A stretch of 64,000 nucleotides of DNA, taken from Psammoneis japonica. Taxonomy: Eukaryota. Shown piece after piece: positions 39,205 through 51,775 of the stretch; position 1 is the first letter of the stretch, and each line of letters begins with the position of its first letter. Below the pieces are notes generated by a model. The model worked only from the letters and a program-made list of their open reading frames with translations. It did not search any database and was not told the origin of the DNA. The position numbers were made by a program, and so were the translations under genes. Where the stretch lies: NCBI GenBank assembly GCA_008632985.1, contig QPGO01000097.1, forward strand, positions 62,001 to 126,000, written 5' to 3'.

Positions 39205-42200
39205 CATCAGAGCGCGCATTGCAGTGATCCAGTTCCCCATTCTCATGGCAAAGTTTTTGTCCATGGTGGCATGAAACATTTGTGTTTCAAACCTTGACAG
39301 CTGTGCACATGGCGACAATTTGTCAAACATTGCAGATGAAAACAATCACTGTGGGAGCCCACCATGTCCCATGAGATGCAACCTTTGTCGGTGAAAATGC
39401 AACCTCTTCCCCCTTCAGAGTGCTTGCCTTTCTTGCCTTTTTACTGCGATGTTTAAAAGCCTTTTGACGAAACCAATTCATGCCAACAAATGCATTTCAT
39501 GGGGTTTGTCAAATCTCCCTTACAAACTTTTCAGCAATCAACAGCATGCAACCTCTCTAAATGAACACAAGTTTGCTGCATTCCCAGTTCATGGTTGTTT
39601 TCAATGAACACTGATGCATCATTTTGCCTTCTTCCATTCGTGCATTGACAAAAGGCTCTGCTCCCTCTTTGCACTGGTGTTTGCTCATTTGCTTCCTCTT
39701 CCTCAATGTCGCTTCCATCTTTGCTGCCTTCTCCCTCATCGTCACCATCCTTTTTGCCCCTGTTCTTGTCCGTCACCTCTTTCTCGTCCTCCTCCTCATC
39801 ACTGGAAAGCTCTGTCATTGCCTGTTTTCTCACCTCCTTCTCCACCGGCAATTTCTTCCTTTTTGCTCCCTTGCCCTTTTCTTTGCTCTCCCTCTTCTTG
39901 CCAGCACTGCACCATGTGATGAACTGCACACCTTCTTCACTGGCCCTGTCTTCTTTCATTTCTGCAAGCAGGTCATTGAAGCACTGCATTCCTTTGTCAT
40001 TCCACAAGTCACACTGTCACATTGAGTCCGTGTGCTCAGGTGCCGGTTTTGACTCCTCCTCCTTGTCATCCCCAGAGTCTTCCCCCCTCCAACAGTCTTC
40101 TCATGAAGGGCCTTGTGCTCCCAATTCTTTCAGTGGTTTTCCAGTGTCAACAGCCCCAGAGCCTCATTGCTTGCTGTAGTTAGATCTGGAGCCTTTGTCT
40201 CACCCAACTCCACCTTTTTTCTCCGCACTGCAGTGCTCTTTGCAAATTTCAGCACATTGTTGTAGAGCCACGCACATGCTTCCTTGTTGCTGCACTTCTC
40301 CTCCACAATTGTGTTCACTGTCTGCTCCTCCCAAGTTTCCAGGAACAGCTCTTCACAAGCTGTTTTGTCCTTCTTCCTCTTCTTCTTGTTCCCTTTTTGT
40401 TTTCTGGCAGCGGCTTTCTTCTGACCGTGCAACTCCTTGGCTTGCTGCTCTGTCATCACGACTTCACAAATGATGAAGTGCAGGGCTAACTGTCACCACA
40501 CTGAACATGCCGTGCAACACAAAACACTTGCCAGCTGTCACATTCTTCTGTGTTGTCTGGGTGACGGTGTTGCTTTTTGCATTGACTGCATTCATGATGC
40601 ACTTTTTTGCCCAGTCTTCCCATGATCCTGCACAGTCCTGCTTGCTGAAATTGCCATCGGCTGTCTTTTTCCAAATGAGCTGCAAAACTCAGCCACTGCT
40701 GGCCATGACCACCTTGACTGGGAACTTTGCCTTTGGGAACAGCTCTCTCCATGCCAACTCTTTGACCTCTCCATGGACTGGTGATCTCCACTGGCTCCTG
40801 CCCGCTTTGATGCCACGGCCAGCCTTGGGCTGTTTGGTTGATCTCCAGCCATCTCCCCACCCTGCTTTTTCTTCTTCCTTGCCATTCCCTCAGTTGCTGT
40901 TGTGCAAATGGCACGTGGCAGCTGTGTGCCTCTGTTCCCCTGATGAGTGTTGCCATTGCAAAAATTTCAAACCTCTCTCTTGACACTAAACACCTGATGC
41001 TCTCACCAATGAATCCATTCTTTTAACACCCATGCAATTTGCAAATGACCGCAACTGTGACTGCAATTTTGCCATTCTTTGTTGTTTTTAAAAATTCATT
41101 TGTGGACACACAATCCCGCTCAAAAATCTGCGCAACTGTCATTGCTAAATTCATTTTCAACTCATTCAATGACACGTGCATTTGTCCTGCTTGTGAAGGC
41201 ATTTGGAAACCATTGCACCTGCAAAAGAGATTTTGAGTGCAATGAACAAATGACACCTGTTCCCGCCTTCCTGGCGTCCCACTGGTGCTTGAGTGCCACC
41301 GGCATTTTGGCACCACAGTGCCATTTGGTCCACTTCCTCCAATGCATCTCCCTCCAAACTTGCAATTTAAAATTTGCTGTGCTGCCCAATGTCAGAACAA
41401 TCAGTCATGCAATTGAAAGCCAATGTCTCTGGCTTGACACAATTCACAAAATGGTCCATGTGATGGCGCTGGAGTTTCTCTGCCCTGCGTTGTCTCTTGC
41501 TCTCATTTGGATGTTGCTGCTCATGACTTTCTTCTTGAATCTCCTTCTCAACCAAATCCATTGTCCAGCCATTGACTGTCCTTGCCAACAAACAAAAGAA
41601 CTCCATTTCATCACAAAACCAAAGCTTTTCATGATTGTCCCACAGCATTTCACGATGGAACCACTTTGCCAGTTTCATTGCATCAAAGATGATTCCATCT
41701 TTGTCCATCACCAGTCTGCAAGTGCCTCCCCACCTGGATCTTTCTCTGAGTGGCCCACACATTCCTTTGCTGTCCAGTCCACAAGTCGACAAGCCAATGC
41801 TGGACTTCTCCTTCAATGCACAAATGTCTGTCCTGTCCATGGCCAGTTTTGTTTCGCCCACCACAGATCCCGCTGTGCACTCATCCCTCATTTCAATCTC
41901 TCCATCACTGCGCAGATGACTGCAGACACAGCACCTCTTTCCTTGCCTGTCCTGGTGGGTTGTGACACAGTCCCAACATTCCTTGCACTTGCCAGCATTT
42001 GCCCCACGATTGATGGTGTCGTTCGCCCAGTTGACATCATTGCATGTGGAGAACATGATGCAGGTGCTGGCATGCATGTGTTCAACTGCTTCCTCACTCC
42101 ATTCTCTCATGTGATGCCACACCACAACCATCAAGTTGCACTTGTTTGTCCATTGTTCCTCCCACGCCAACCAGAGTTCCTCATCTTTGTGCAGAATTGA

Positions 42201-45200
42201 AAACTGTTGAACATGTGAAACATGTCCATGGAGTCTTGGCAGAGGTGTGGGACATCCGCATGTTCCCTCCTCCCCTCCACAAACCACCACTCCCCATTTT
42301 CATTTGTGTGTGTTGTCCTCCCAGAGTCCATCAACTGCATCAAGTGCTCCACTTTGTCAAAAGCAGCGCCGCACTCCGCTGTCATAATTTGATCTCTGGT
42401 TTTGTCTGTCATGTTTGCCATGTCCTTGAATTTGCGCCAGCAGTTGTTTTGCCAATGGGCCAACAATTGGTCATTTTGCGCAACCGGGTTCATGGTTTGT
42501 GGTGATGTTTTGTCTCCTGCTGTGGGCATGGGTGGGCCCCTGCAGCACATTTTTCATTCAACCGCAAAAGCGCAGTGTGAGGTGCATCCAGAATGATCAT
42601 GACCAACACACCACAGCTCACTTTCTCCTTTCCACAGATTAGTTTGACTTTGCAGTCTGTCATCATGCTCAAAGCAATCATTGTTCCCAACACATGCAAT
42701 TCATTGCACCTGCAAATGTTTTCATTGATGCAAAGAATGCAATGAACTGGCATTTTTGTGCCATTTTGTGTCATGTTTCCTTGCTTCCCAGTGCTGTTCC
42801 CCCACTTTTCATAGTCTGACCAAGTGAGGCCATTGCTCCACAACTGCAGCAGTGCAACTCACCCAACACCACCTTTTTCAACATGGATGGCAACGGTGTT
42901 TGGCAGGGTGAGGATGGGGCAGTTGCATGTCCATGCTGCCAAAGATCATTCGTGTGAATGCTCACCCATTTCCATCACAACCCGCAATGTTTCTTGTTTG
43001 CTTGCAAGAAGGCCAACTTGTCGTGTTGAGAGCCCATCACCCCGCACCTGTTGCCGGACATCTCTGTCAGCATTGTGGGTCAAACTTGCCCTGGGAGGAC
43101 GGTCAATGCGCATGGCACGTGGACAGAGGAACTGGACCTTTCTTCATCATCAGATGACTCGTCACATCCCAGGCTGAGGCGATCATGATGGGGGGGCATC
43201 TGTTGCAAACATCCAACTTGGGTTAATTGGCACCTTTTGATGATGACGTTTCCCCTCTTGGGTCACACTGCAATGAAGAGGAGCATTGCTGCATGTCGTT
43301 GGACATGTTGTCAGATGAGAAAGCAAGTCAGAAGCCAGCTCATTTGATGCATTGCCCAATGCAACCATGGATGATTCCGAGCCACAACATGATGATGATT
43401 CTGCATTGTGCATTGTCAGACACAGACAACAAATCACTCAGCAATGACAGCAGATTGGGAAAGGTCCATCAAAACCCATTTGAGCGCGCGTTTGCCAGCT
43501 TGTTTTCCCTGAGCAACCTCAACGGTGCCTGCGCAGAGCTTTGCAAGCTTGCAGAACACTGCAGAGCACCGCTTCACCTGTGTGACAAGATCACTGAATT
43601 CACCAAAAGACACTGCAGCAGCACATTCCAGGTGGGCATGCAAATGCCACGCCACAGCAAACCAATGATCATGGAGAACTGCCACAAATCATTTCCTGGT
43701 CCCGAACGCGAGATGATGCCAGTCAACCTGGAAAGTGCAACTGGGGAACATGGTGAGAGAACTGTCCAAGTTCCAAGATGGAATTTCAAAGAGGTCTGGG
43801 AATTGTTCATGCTGGACACTCACACGTGGGCATCCAAAAGCAATCTCGATGACCCAAACAAACCATTTGGAATGTACGTTGCCAAGGGCAATGATGACAA
43901 GTGTGTTTTGGCCGGCAAGTGGCACAAGAGGACATGCACCGTGCCAGAGTCACACATCCTGACAAACAGTTCCTTGATGATTGTTTGATTGTTTGCATGG
44001 ACAAGATGGGAAAAACAGCCTTGACAGGATCTTGTGCAACTGGAAAGCTGTTGACAAACATGCACCACTTCTTTTGGGTGTTGACGTGGCAAAAAATCTG
44101 CATGAGCCAACAGTCAAGGTCCTTTGGTTTGTGCTGGACATGACGCATGACAATTTTGGTGACAAAGAATGCACTGTGAAGGTCATGTGCACGGTTGTTG
44201 ATCAATTCTTTTAGACTTTTGCACTGTAAAAAATGGTGACAAGGCTTGCCAGAGACTGGACCATTCAGGTCATCACCGGTGATGATCACACAAACGAACT
44301 CAACCATTGCTTGGATGTTGGGGTGAAGTTGCGCGCGGTGCTCCTCTTCTTCAACTGTCTCTCCAGGCAGTTTGGAGAAATGGAGAGCTTCCTCCAAATT
44401 TTGACAACAAAGAACATGTTTACCTTTCAGCATGTGGGATTTCTTGAGGGACCAACCATGAGTCTTGATGCAAGACCAAACGTCAGGGCATCCAAGAGTT
44501 TTCCTGACAACGCTGTTGGTGCGGATGACTTCCGTGACATGTGGAATGTGTGACGCAACTTTGGCTTGTGGCAAAGGAAGGGAAGAGCAAGGAATTCCAG
44601 TTGGGGAGACCATTTTGTTGTCTCCAAAAATTGCTTTTTGGATGCACACATTGAAGTCATGCTTTTGAGCTTGGGACCAAACAACTCCATTCCAAAACCA
44701 TTGGCAAAACATTCCATGTCATCAAAATCAACCTCATTGGGAAATTGGAAGGAAGGGTTGGGGTTGACCTCATCGTGGGACAGGGCAAAGTCATTGACCA
44801 CCATGGCAAGAAGTCAGTTGTGATTTGTGTAGAACGTGCACATGAATCACAACAGCGCATGCTCTGGTCAAATGCATTTTGGGGAGAGGATGCACTGTTG
44901 TGAAATGCGTGGAAATTTTTGCATGTGGAATGTGTGCTCAAAACCGGGCAGAGAGCCAAGCACTAAAATTCTGGGAAGTGCTAGAAAAATGAGGCAGGCA
45001 GTGGAGGCTGGGGGTGACTTGGGCGCAGAGGGTGCACCAGCCACTGTGGTGAGGCGTGCACAAGGTGGAGCCACTGAAAACAGCTGTCAAAGACAACGTT
45101 TAAAAATGAATTCAATGTCATTGTCAAATTGCAATGTGTTGAAATCAAGCAAAGGACACATTCAATTTGATTGCCAAAAATAAATGAGAAAATGCTTGTG

Positions 45201-45353
45201 ACAGACATCCACATGAAACACATCTGACAAAGGCAGTGTGTTGTTTGCTTTTGCATGCAAAAATGCCAAACAAACAATTGACATGCCTGACATCAATTGG
45301 CACAATAAATTGGATGAAGACAATTGAACACCGCCATGTTGCGGCCTCTGATG
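39205..45353 (-). mobile_element. 6149-bp Plavaka-like (CMC/EnSpm-related) DNA transposon, degenerate
   Basis: TIRs CATCAGAG...CTCTGATG and 2-bp TSD CA (39203-39204, 45354-45355); removal restores Gypsy QECQFVD. Plavaka-like peptides (VPRWNFKE, LAGKWH, CMDK, ITGDD, KEKVSCGVLVMIIL) and an accessory ORF (TASNEALGLLTLENH...WNDKGMQCFNDL) at 39531-40460. Family assignment is from memory of motifs. Confidence 0.8.
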
Positions 45354-46801
45354 CAATTTGTTGATGTGGAATTGAGCAACATGCAACAACAGTGTCCAGA
45401 ATGTTTTGTCATTGAATGTGTGAACCAGTGTCCTGTGATTTGTTGTCGTGCTCATTCGAGTGATCCTCTGACTTTATGGAAAATCTGCATTCCTGCTGCT
45501 TCAGTGCATGACATGACACGATGGCATCATGGGATGCTGGGACATGTGGGAGTGCACCGAATGCACTCCACTGCTGGCGCACATTTTTGTCATCCCATCC
45601 CTTGTTGGACTTGTGAAGAATTTCATTGTGCTGATTGTCAGCGCTCAAAAACTTTGGGTCCTGGACATGGGAATTTACCCGAGCGTGAAGCATTGTTGCT
45701 GCCATGGAATGAAGCAGTGGTTGGCCTCATTGGTCCCTGGAAAATTGATGTCCACAGGCCAGGAGATCAAATTCAATGCCTTGACTTGCATTGACGCTGT
45801 TTCAAATGTCACTGAGCTTGTCCGCATTGACAACAAAACCCCACCTCACATTGCCCAGCAGCTCAAAAATTGTTGGTTGTCTCATTGTCCTTGTCCCAAC
45901 CATTGCATTCATGACAATGGTGGAGAATTCATTGGAGAGGACTTTCAACTGTCATTGCAGCAGGTGGGAGTGGATGATGCACCAACTGCTTCCAGAAATC
46001 CACAGGCCAATGTGGTGTGTGAATGCGTGCATCAAATTGTTGGCAACATCTTGTGTGCTTTGCTTCATCTTTGTTCTCCATGGAACTTTGGCAAGCAAAT
46101 CAACTGGCAGACAATGCACTGGCAACAGCAATGCATGCCATGCAATGCATGGCATCCCATGCTCTCAAGATTTCTCCCAGTGCTGTGGCACTCCAACATG
46201 ACACGACACTGGATCTGCCAGTTCTCGCGGATCTTGCTGCTGTTCAAGAACATCAACAAGCAATTGTTGGCACAAATCTCCACAGAGCAAATGCCAAACG
46301 CCAATCCCATGATTTTCAAGTTGGCTGCCAGGTTCTTGTCAAGGCTGTTGATCCCACCAAGCTTGCACCTCAAGCACATGGTCCATGCCCAATTGTTTAA
46401 GCACAAGCCAGCAATGCTGTTGTGGTTCAACGTGTGCCTCATGTGATGGAACATCTTGACATTCAGTGTGTTGCACCACACCAAATTTGAGGTCAAGGGT
46501 TTTCCCCCAACATTTGGGTTTCCCTTGTTTCCTCTCATGGAATTTGAATTGGAATTTTGAATTTTTTAGCCCCAGATGATTCTCGCGATTTGAGTCATGG
46601 AAGGGAAGAGTGTGCAGTGTCTTGCACCCTGTTTTTTTCTGACACACAGCACTGACAATTCTGTCAGATGTGATGCTCACAATTTTGTTGTCACTCAATC
46701 ATGTCTTTGTCTTGTTGGACCTTGCACATGCATTGTTGTGGGCCACTGAAAACCTGGCCTCACTGTGGTGAGACCAGGATTCGCGGACTCTAAGAGGGAT
46801 G

Positions 46802-47531
46802 CCCTGATTGTCACAATGTGGAAAGTGTGTGTGAAAACAAGAATCTGCACCTGTTTTTTGGGTTGTTGAAAAATCTGCACCTGTCCTGAATGGAAATCTG
46901 GAATCTGTGCTCCAGTGCAAATGTGTGCAGGATGTGCGCAGAACTCTCCGGCCCTCCTGGGCAGGGGGGTTTCAAATCTGACAAAACCCAAAGCCATTTT
47001 TAGCACAATTGGGGGTGCCGTTGGCCCATTTTTTTTCACGTTTTTTCCAGGTTTTCTGCATTTTTGACGTGTCATGACAGAAAATGACATGAAAAAAGCA
47101 CGAGTGACAATGACAATGATGTTCGCGATGAGCGGTGAGCTGCAAAGCATCGCCTCATGAGGGACACTCATTGATTTCATTGTTGTGACACAGCCCAGAT
47201 TGATTTGTGTGCTTTCATCCCCCTTGCCACTGGACCAATTTTGAGAGACAGTGCAATGGCTGTCATCATCATGCTTTGATCATGGTGCCTGACATTCTCA
47301 TTGTTGAGGGCAATCAAACAACCCCTGCATTTAAAGTTGACAGTTGCAAATGAGCGCATTCAACCACATTGCCAATTTTAGGACAAACGCAGAAAAAACA
47401 AGTCGGCAGTCCTCCTCAATGAACATCTGTGCTTTTTGAAAATTTGTGCCCATTTGTGCACAAACCGTGCAAATCTGCACCTGTTCTGAACCAAAATCTG
47501 TGGCAGTGCAGATTTTCTGTGACAATCAGGG
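46802..47531. mobile_element. 730-bp MITE with 14-bp perfect TIRs, probably Tc1/mariner-pogo type
   Basis: CCCTGATTGTCACA (46802-46815) / TGTGACAATCAGGG (47518-47531), flanked by TG on both sides (expected TA TSD). Internal AATCTGCAC repeats. Confidence 0.75.
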
Positions 47532-48014
47532 TGTGTCCATGGATGCCGGTTCTGCATGTGTGACGCTGCAGGGCCATGCTCTCCATGCAGCAAAGTGCAG
47601 CCAGAGTTGGCAGAGGGTTCTTCCTGAAGATGCCTGCAGCAAGAAGCAGGCAGCCATGAGACCCAGGCCTTGAGCAACTTCAAACTGGCATGGCAGGTGC
47701 GCACCGGATGAGTGCACAGACCATCGCTGTGGTGACATCGTGGGGAAATTGATCAAATCTCTCACCAACGATGGCGGCAATTGCCTTGCTTCAACAGGCA
47801 TCCAAACCATCATCGTTTTCCAGACATTTGCAACCATTGCTCCATCAGACTCTACATGCCACATGGCTGCAATTGTCCAATCGGAGACAAGCATTTTGGC
47901 AAGAATTTTCGAAACACACCGTTTTGCTTTGTGTTGTGATGTGATGACACGTGCCGCATGCCCACCACCAACCAGATTTCCAGCACCAGCTGTGTCAAAC
48001 TCCAACTTTGTCAA

Positions 48015-48511
48015 CCCTTCAACCGCCGGACTTGAGCAAATCTCCACGGGTGGAGATTTGCTCCCTTGCGTCACAAACATGGCAATGAAGCAATTTCAGA
48101 CATGGGTGACATTGCATTCGCGCGATTTTGTTTTGGAGTGCACATTCGCCAAAAATCTTGGGGAACCCTTTTTGCAATTTAGAAAGTTCAATGTCGGCTT
48201 TCAACACCAGGTTTTTTGCAAGCTGCATCTGTGAACAGAGATGAGCTGAATCTCAACCTTTGACAATGCCGGTTGTCATGAACTGCTGTCGCAAATGGAG
48301 CACCAATGCCACACCCTTGGAGCAAATCTCCGCCGGCGGAGATTTGCTCCCAACAAGCAAATGCACGTGGCACACTTTACGCAGATTCTACGTGATGTGA
48401 CATTTTCACACCACGTTGATTGCATCATCACAAAAGTGCATGACACGCCACAAATCCTTGAGCAGAGCAAATCTCCACCCACGGAGATTTGCTCCCCTGG
48501 TGGTTGAAGGG
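48015..48511. mobile_element. 497-bp piggyBac-type MITE
   Basis: TCAA|CCCTTCAACCGCC ... GGTGGTTGAAGGG|TTAA, with three internal hairpins GAGCAAATCTCC-n6-GGAGATTTGCTC near 48034, 48320 and 48465. Confidence 0.88.
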
Positions 48512-48601
48512 TTAAAAGGCAAGTAAATTGAAAATCAAAAAGGTGTCATCAATGTGACCAAGGCTTGCCAGTTGTTGTCTCACTCAACTTTCTTGCCACC
48601 G

Positions 48602-51600
48602 CAGCCAGCTTTCTTGTTGTCTTTCCCAGCATGAGCAAATTTACAAATCCAATGTCGTCGTTACATCGTCAAACCCATTTGAGAAATGGCGCTGACCAGA
48701 CGAATGTTTTTAAGACTTTGACAAAGCAACTGCAATGCATTCAGCCAAGCATTCTTGAGTGGGAGAGAGTCGGGCGGATGGGAGTGAAAATGAAGGAATG
48801 AAGTTGCTGTGCGGCTCAAGAAAAAAAAGTCAAACAATGTTGACAACATCACTCTGATGCTGCTGTTCCATGGAATGACAAACAGCAGTGAATGGAGCTC
48901 CTCCCTGGCTCGCATCCACTCTAGATTCATCGCAAAGACACAAATGTCAAACCTCAAAATGGAAAAGTGCGGCACTTGCAAGTGAGTGTTCATGGATTGC
49001 ATCGCCAATTCATGGCATTAAAGAGGTTAAATGCAGTTGTCAGGAGGCCAGCCATGGATTGGAGAATGGCGTGTGGCCATGAAACAGGTCTTGTGTTGAT
49101 GTTGTCATCTGATCTCGGTGTCAAGAAAAGGGTCAATTTCCCTTCATCGCACATTGAGTCACGTGTCTTGAACCCCGCATGACCCATGCGACTCAAAATT
49201 TTTGGAAGAATGACCAGACTTTGACCCCCAATGGAGCCACAAAATACACAAGACATGAGTTAGCCGGGGTGGGGCCAGTTGGTCGCACACGTTTGGGTTC
49301 GATGTGATGAGCAACTGGCCACACCCTGCAGGAAAAGCTGTGGCGCGCGCGCGATCGAGCAGAAGCAACAAAGCAAAAAACACGGCATGGGTCAAGACGT
49401 TGCAAAGCAGTGACATGACAACAAGCAACGAGAAGAAACCCAACTTGACCCAGGAACAAAGCACACAAACATTGTCCAATGGCTTTGATCTTGTCTGGAA
49501 ATGCCAGCTGGCAGACAAGTGAACAGCGTTTGCATTGCTCGCCATGGTGTTGTTGTGTGTTGTCATGCGGCTGTCATTGCGCTCAAAGGACGGGGATCTG
49601 TTTTGCCCACAGTGACTCTGTTCTGCCAACAGTCGATTTTTCACTGTGTTCAATCTGAGGTTGTTTTGAGAAGCACTTCGCGACAACCCTGTTCGCACCG
49701 TTAAATGGAAATTTTTTTTGTCCAGATTCCAGAGTTCTTTCGGGGTGTTCTGTGAGATTTTTGAATTGCGGCACACATGTTTAAAAGACAAAAGAAATTT
49801 TAATGACATGCAAAAGCTTTGGAGATGGACGTGAATTTATCTTCCATGCAGACCACGCAGATTGTGTGCCGGCGGAAAATCCACCGCATGTCCACTCACT
49901 CAGCAGCAATTCTGCGCATGTTCCACTCACACCTCACACACATGCACACACCTGCACAGTCCAATGACCACGCACACGTGCGCGAGATGCCACAGCCAGT
50001 TTTCTTGTTGTCTTTCCCAGCACGAGCAAATTGACAAATCCAACGTCGTCGTCACATCGTCAAACCCATTTGAGAAATGGTGCTGACCAGACGAATGTTT
50101 TCAAGACTTTGACAAAGCAACTGCAATGCATTCAGCCAAGCATTCTTGAGTGGGAGAGAGTCGGGTGGATGGGAGTGAAAATGCAGGAATGAAGTTGCCG
50201 TGCGGCTCAAGAAAAAAAGCCAAACAATGTTGACAACATCACTCTGATGCTGCTGTTCCACAGAGTGACAAACAGCAGTGAATGGAGCTCCTCCCTGGCT
50301 TGCATCCACTCTAGATTCATCGCAAAGACACAAACGTCAAACCTCAACTTGTGGAACATGCACATGCATGTGGACATGAGTTGGCCAGGGCAGGGCTAGT
50401 TGGTTGCGCACGTTTGGGTTCGATGTGATGAGCAACTGGCCACACTCTGCAGGAAAAGCTGTTCGGTGGCACGCGCACGATCGAGCAGAAGCAAGAAAAG
50501 CAAAAAACACGGCGTGGGTCAAGACGTTGTAAAGCAGTGACATGACAACAAGCAACGAGAAGAAACCCAACTTGACCCAGGAATGAAGCACACAAATGCA
50601 TTCCAACAGCTTTGATCTTGTCTGGAAATGCCAGCTGGCAGACAAGTGAACGGCGTTTGCATTGCTCGCCATGGTGTTGTTGTGCGTTGTTGTGCTGCTG
50701 TCATTGCGCTTGAAGGACGGGGATCTGTTTTGCCCATGGTGACTCTGTTCTGCCAACAGTCGATTTTTCACTGTGTTCAATCTGAGGTTGTTTTGAGAAG
50801 CGCTTCGCGACAACCCTGTTCGCACTGTCAAATAGAAATTTTTTTTGTCCAGACTCCAGAGTTCTTTTGGGGTGTTCTGCAAGATTTTTGAATTGTGGCA
50901 CACATGTTTAAAAGACAAAAGAAATTTTAATGACATGTGAAAGCTTCGGAGATGGACACAAATTTGTCTTCCATGTGGACCATGCAGATTGTGTGCCGGC
51001 GGAAAATCCACCGCATGTCAACTCACTCAGCAGCAATTCTGCACATGTTCTGCTTGCACCTTGCACACGCGCACACACCTGCACAGTCCAATGACCGTGC
51101 ACACGTGCGCGAGATGCCGCAGCCAGTTTTCTTGTTGTCTTTCCCAGCATGAGCAAATCGACAAATCCAACGTCGTCGTTGCATCGTCAAACCCATTTGA
51201 GAAATGGCATTGACGAGTGTTTTTAAGACTTTGACAAAGCAGCTGCAATGCATTCAGCCAAGCATTCTTGAGTGGGAGAGAGTCGGGTGGATGGGAGTGA
51301 AAATGCAGGAATGAAGTTGCCATGTGGCTCAAGAAAAAAAAGTCAAACAATGTTGACAACATCACTCTGATGCTGCTGCTCCACAGAATGACAAACAGCA
51401 CTGAATGGAGCTCCTCCCTGGCTCGCGTCCACTCTAGATTCATCGCAAAGACACAAATGTCAAACCTCAAAATGGAAAAGTGCGGCGCTTGCAAGTGAGT
51501 GTTCATGGATTGCATCGCCAATTTGTGGCACCAAAGAGGTCAAATGCAGCTGTCAGGAGGCCAACCATGGATTGGAGAATGGCGCACAGCCACAAAATGG

Positions 51601-51775
51601 GTCTTGTGTTGATGTTGTCATCTGATCTCGGTGTCGAGAAAAGGAGGGTCAATTTCCCTTCATCGCACATTGAGCCACGTGTCTTGAACCCCGCACGACC
51701 CACGCGACTCAAAATTTTTGGAAGAGTGGCTGGACTTTGACCCCCAACGGAGTCACAAAACACACAAGACATGAG
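48602..51775. repeat. Tandem segmental array of a 1.39-kb unit (about 2.5 copies)
   Basis: Units start at 48602, 49993 and 51120 (CAGCCAGYTTTCTTGTTGTCTTTCCCAGCA). Copy 2 lacks about 260 bp and copy 3 is partial. Confidence 0.92.

Larger units (their letters stand above)
35927..46790 (+). mobile_element. Older degenerate Gypsy element (Gypsy-2), same family as Gypsy-1, interrupted by two insertions
   Basis: gag EKCPHFDGTHGIEAL...GEELFENFEEVL parallels Gypsy-1; protease LLDSGS about 37375; RT core deleted near 38145; RNase H 38260-38940; integrase 45354-46490; PPT GGAAGGGAAGAG then an LTR start at about 46611. Confidence 0.9.

Noticed and set aside
47540..48010. Minus-strand ORF remnant flanking the piggyBac MITE
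   Set aside because: No domain could be recognised, so no call is supportable.
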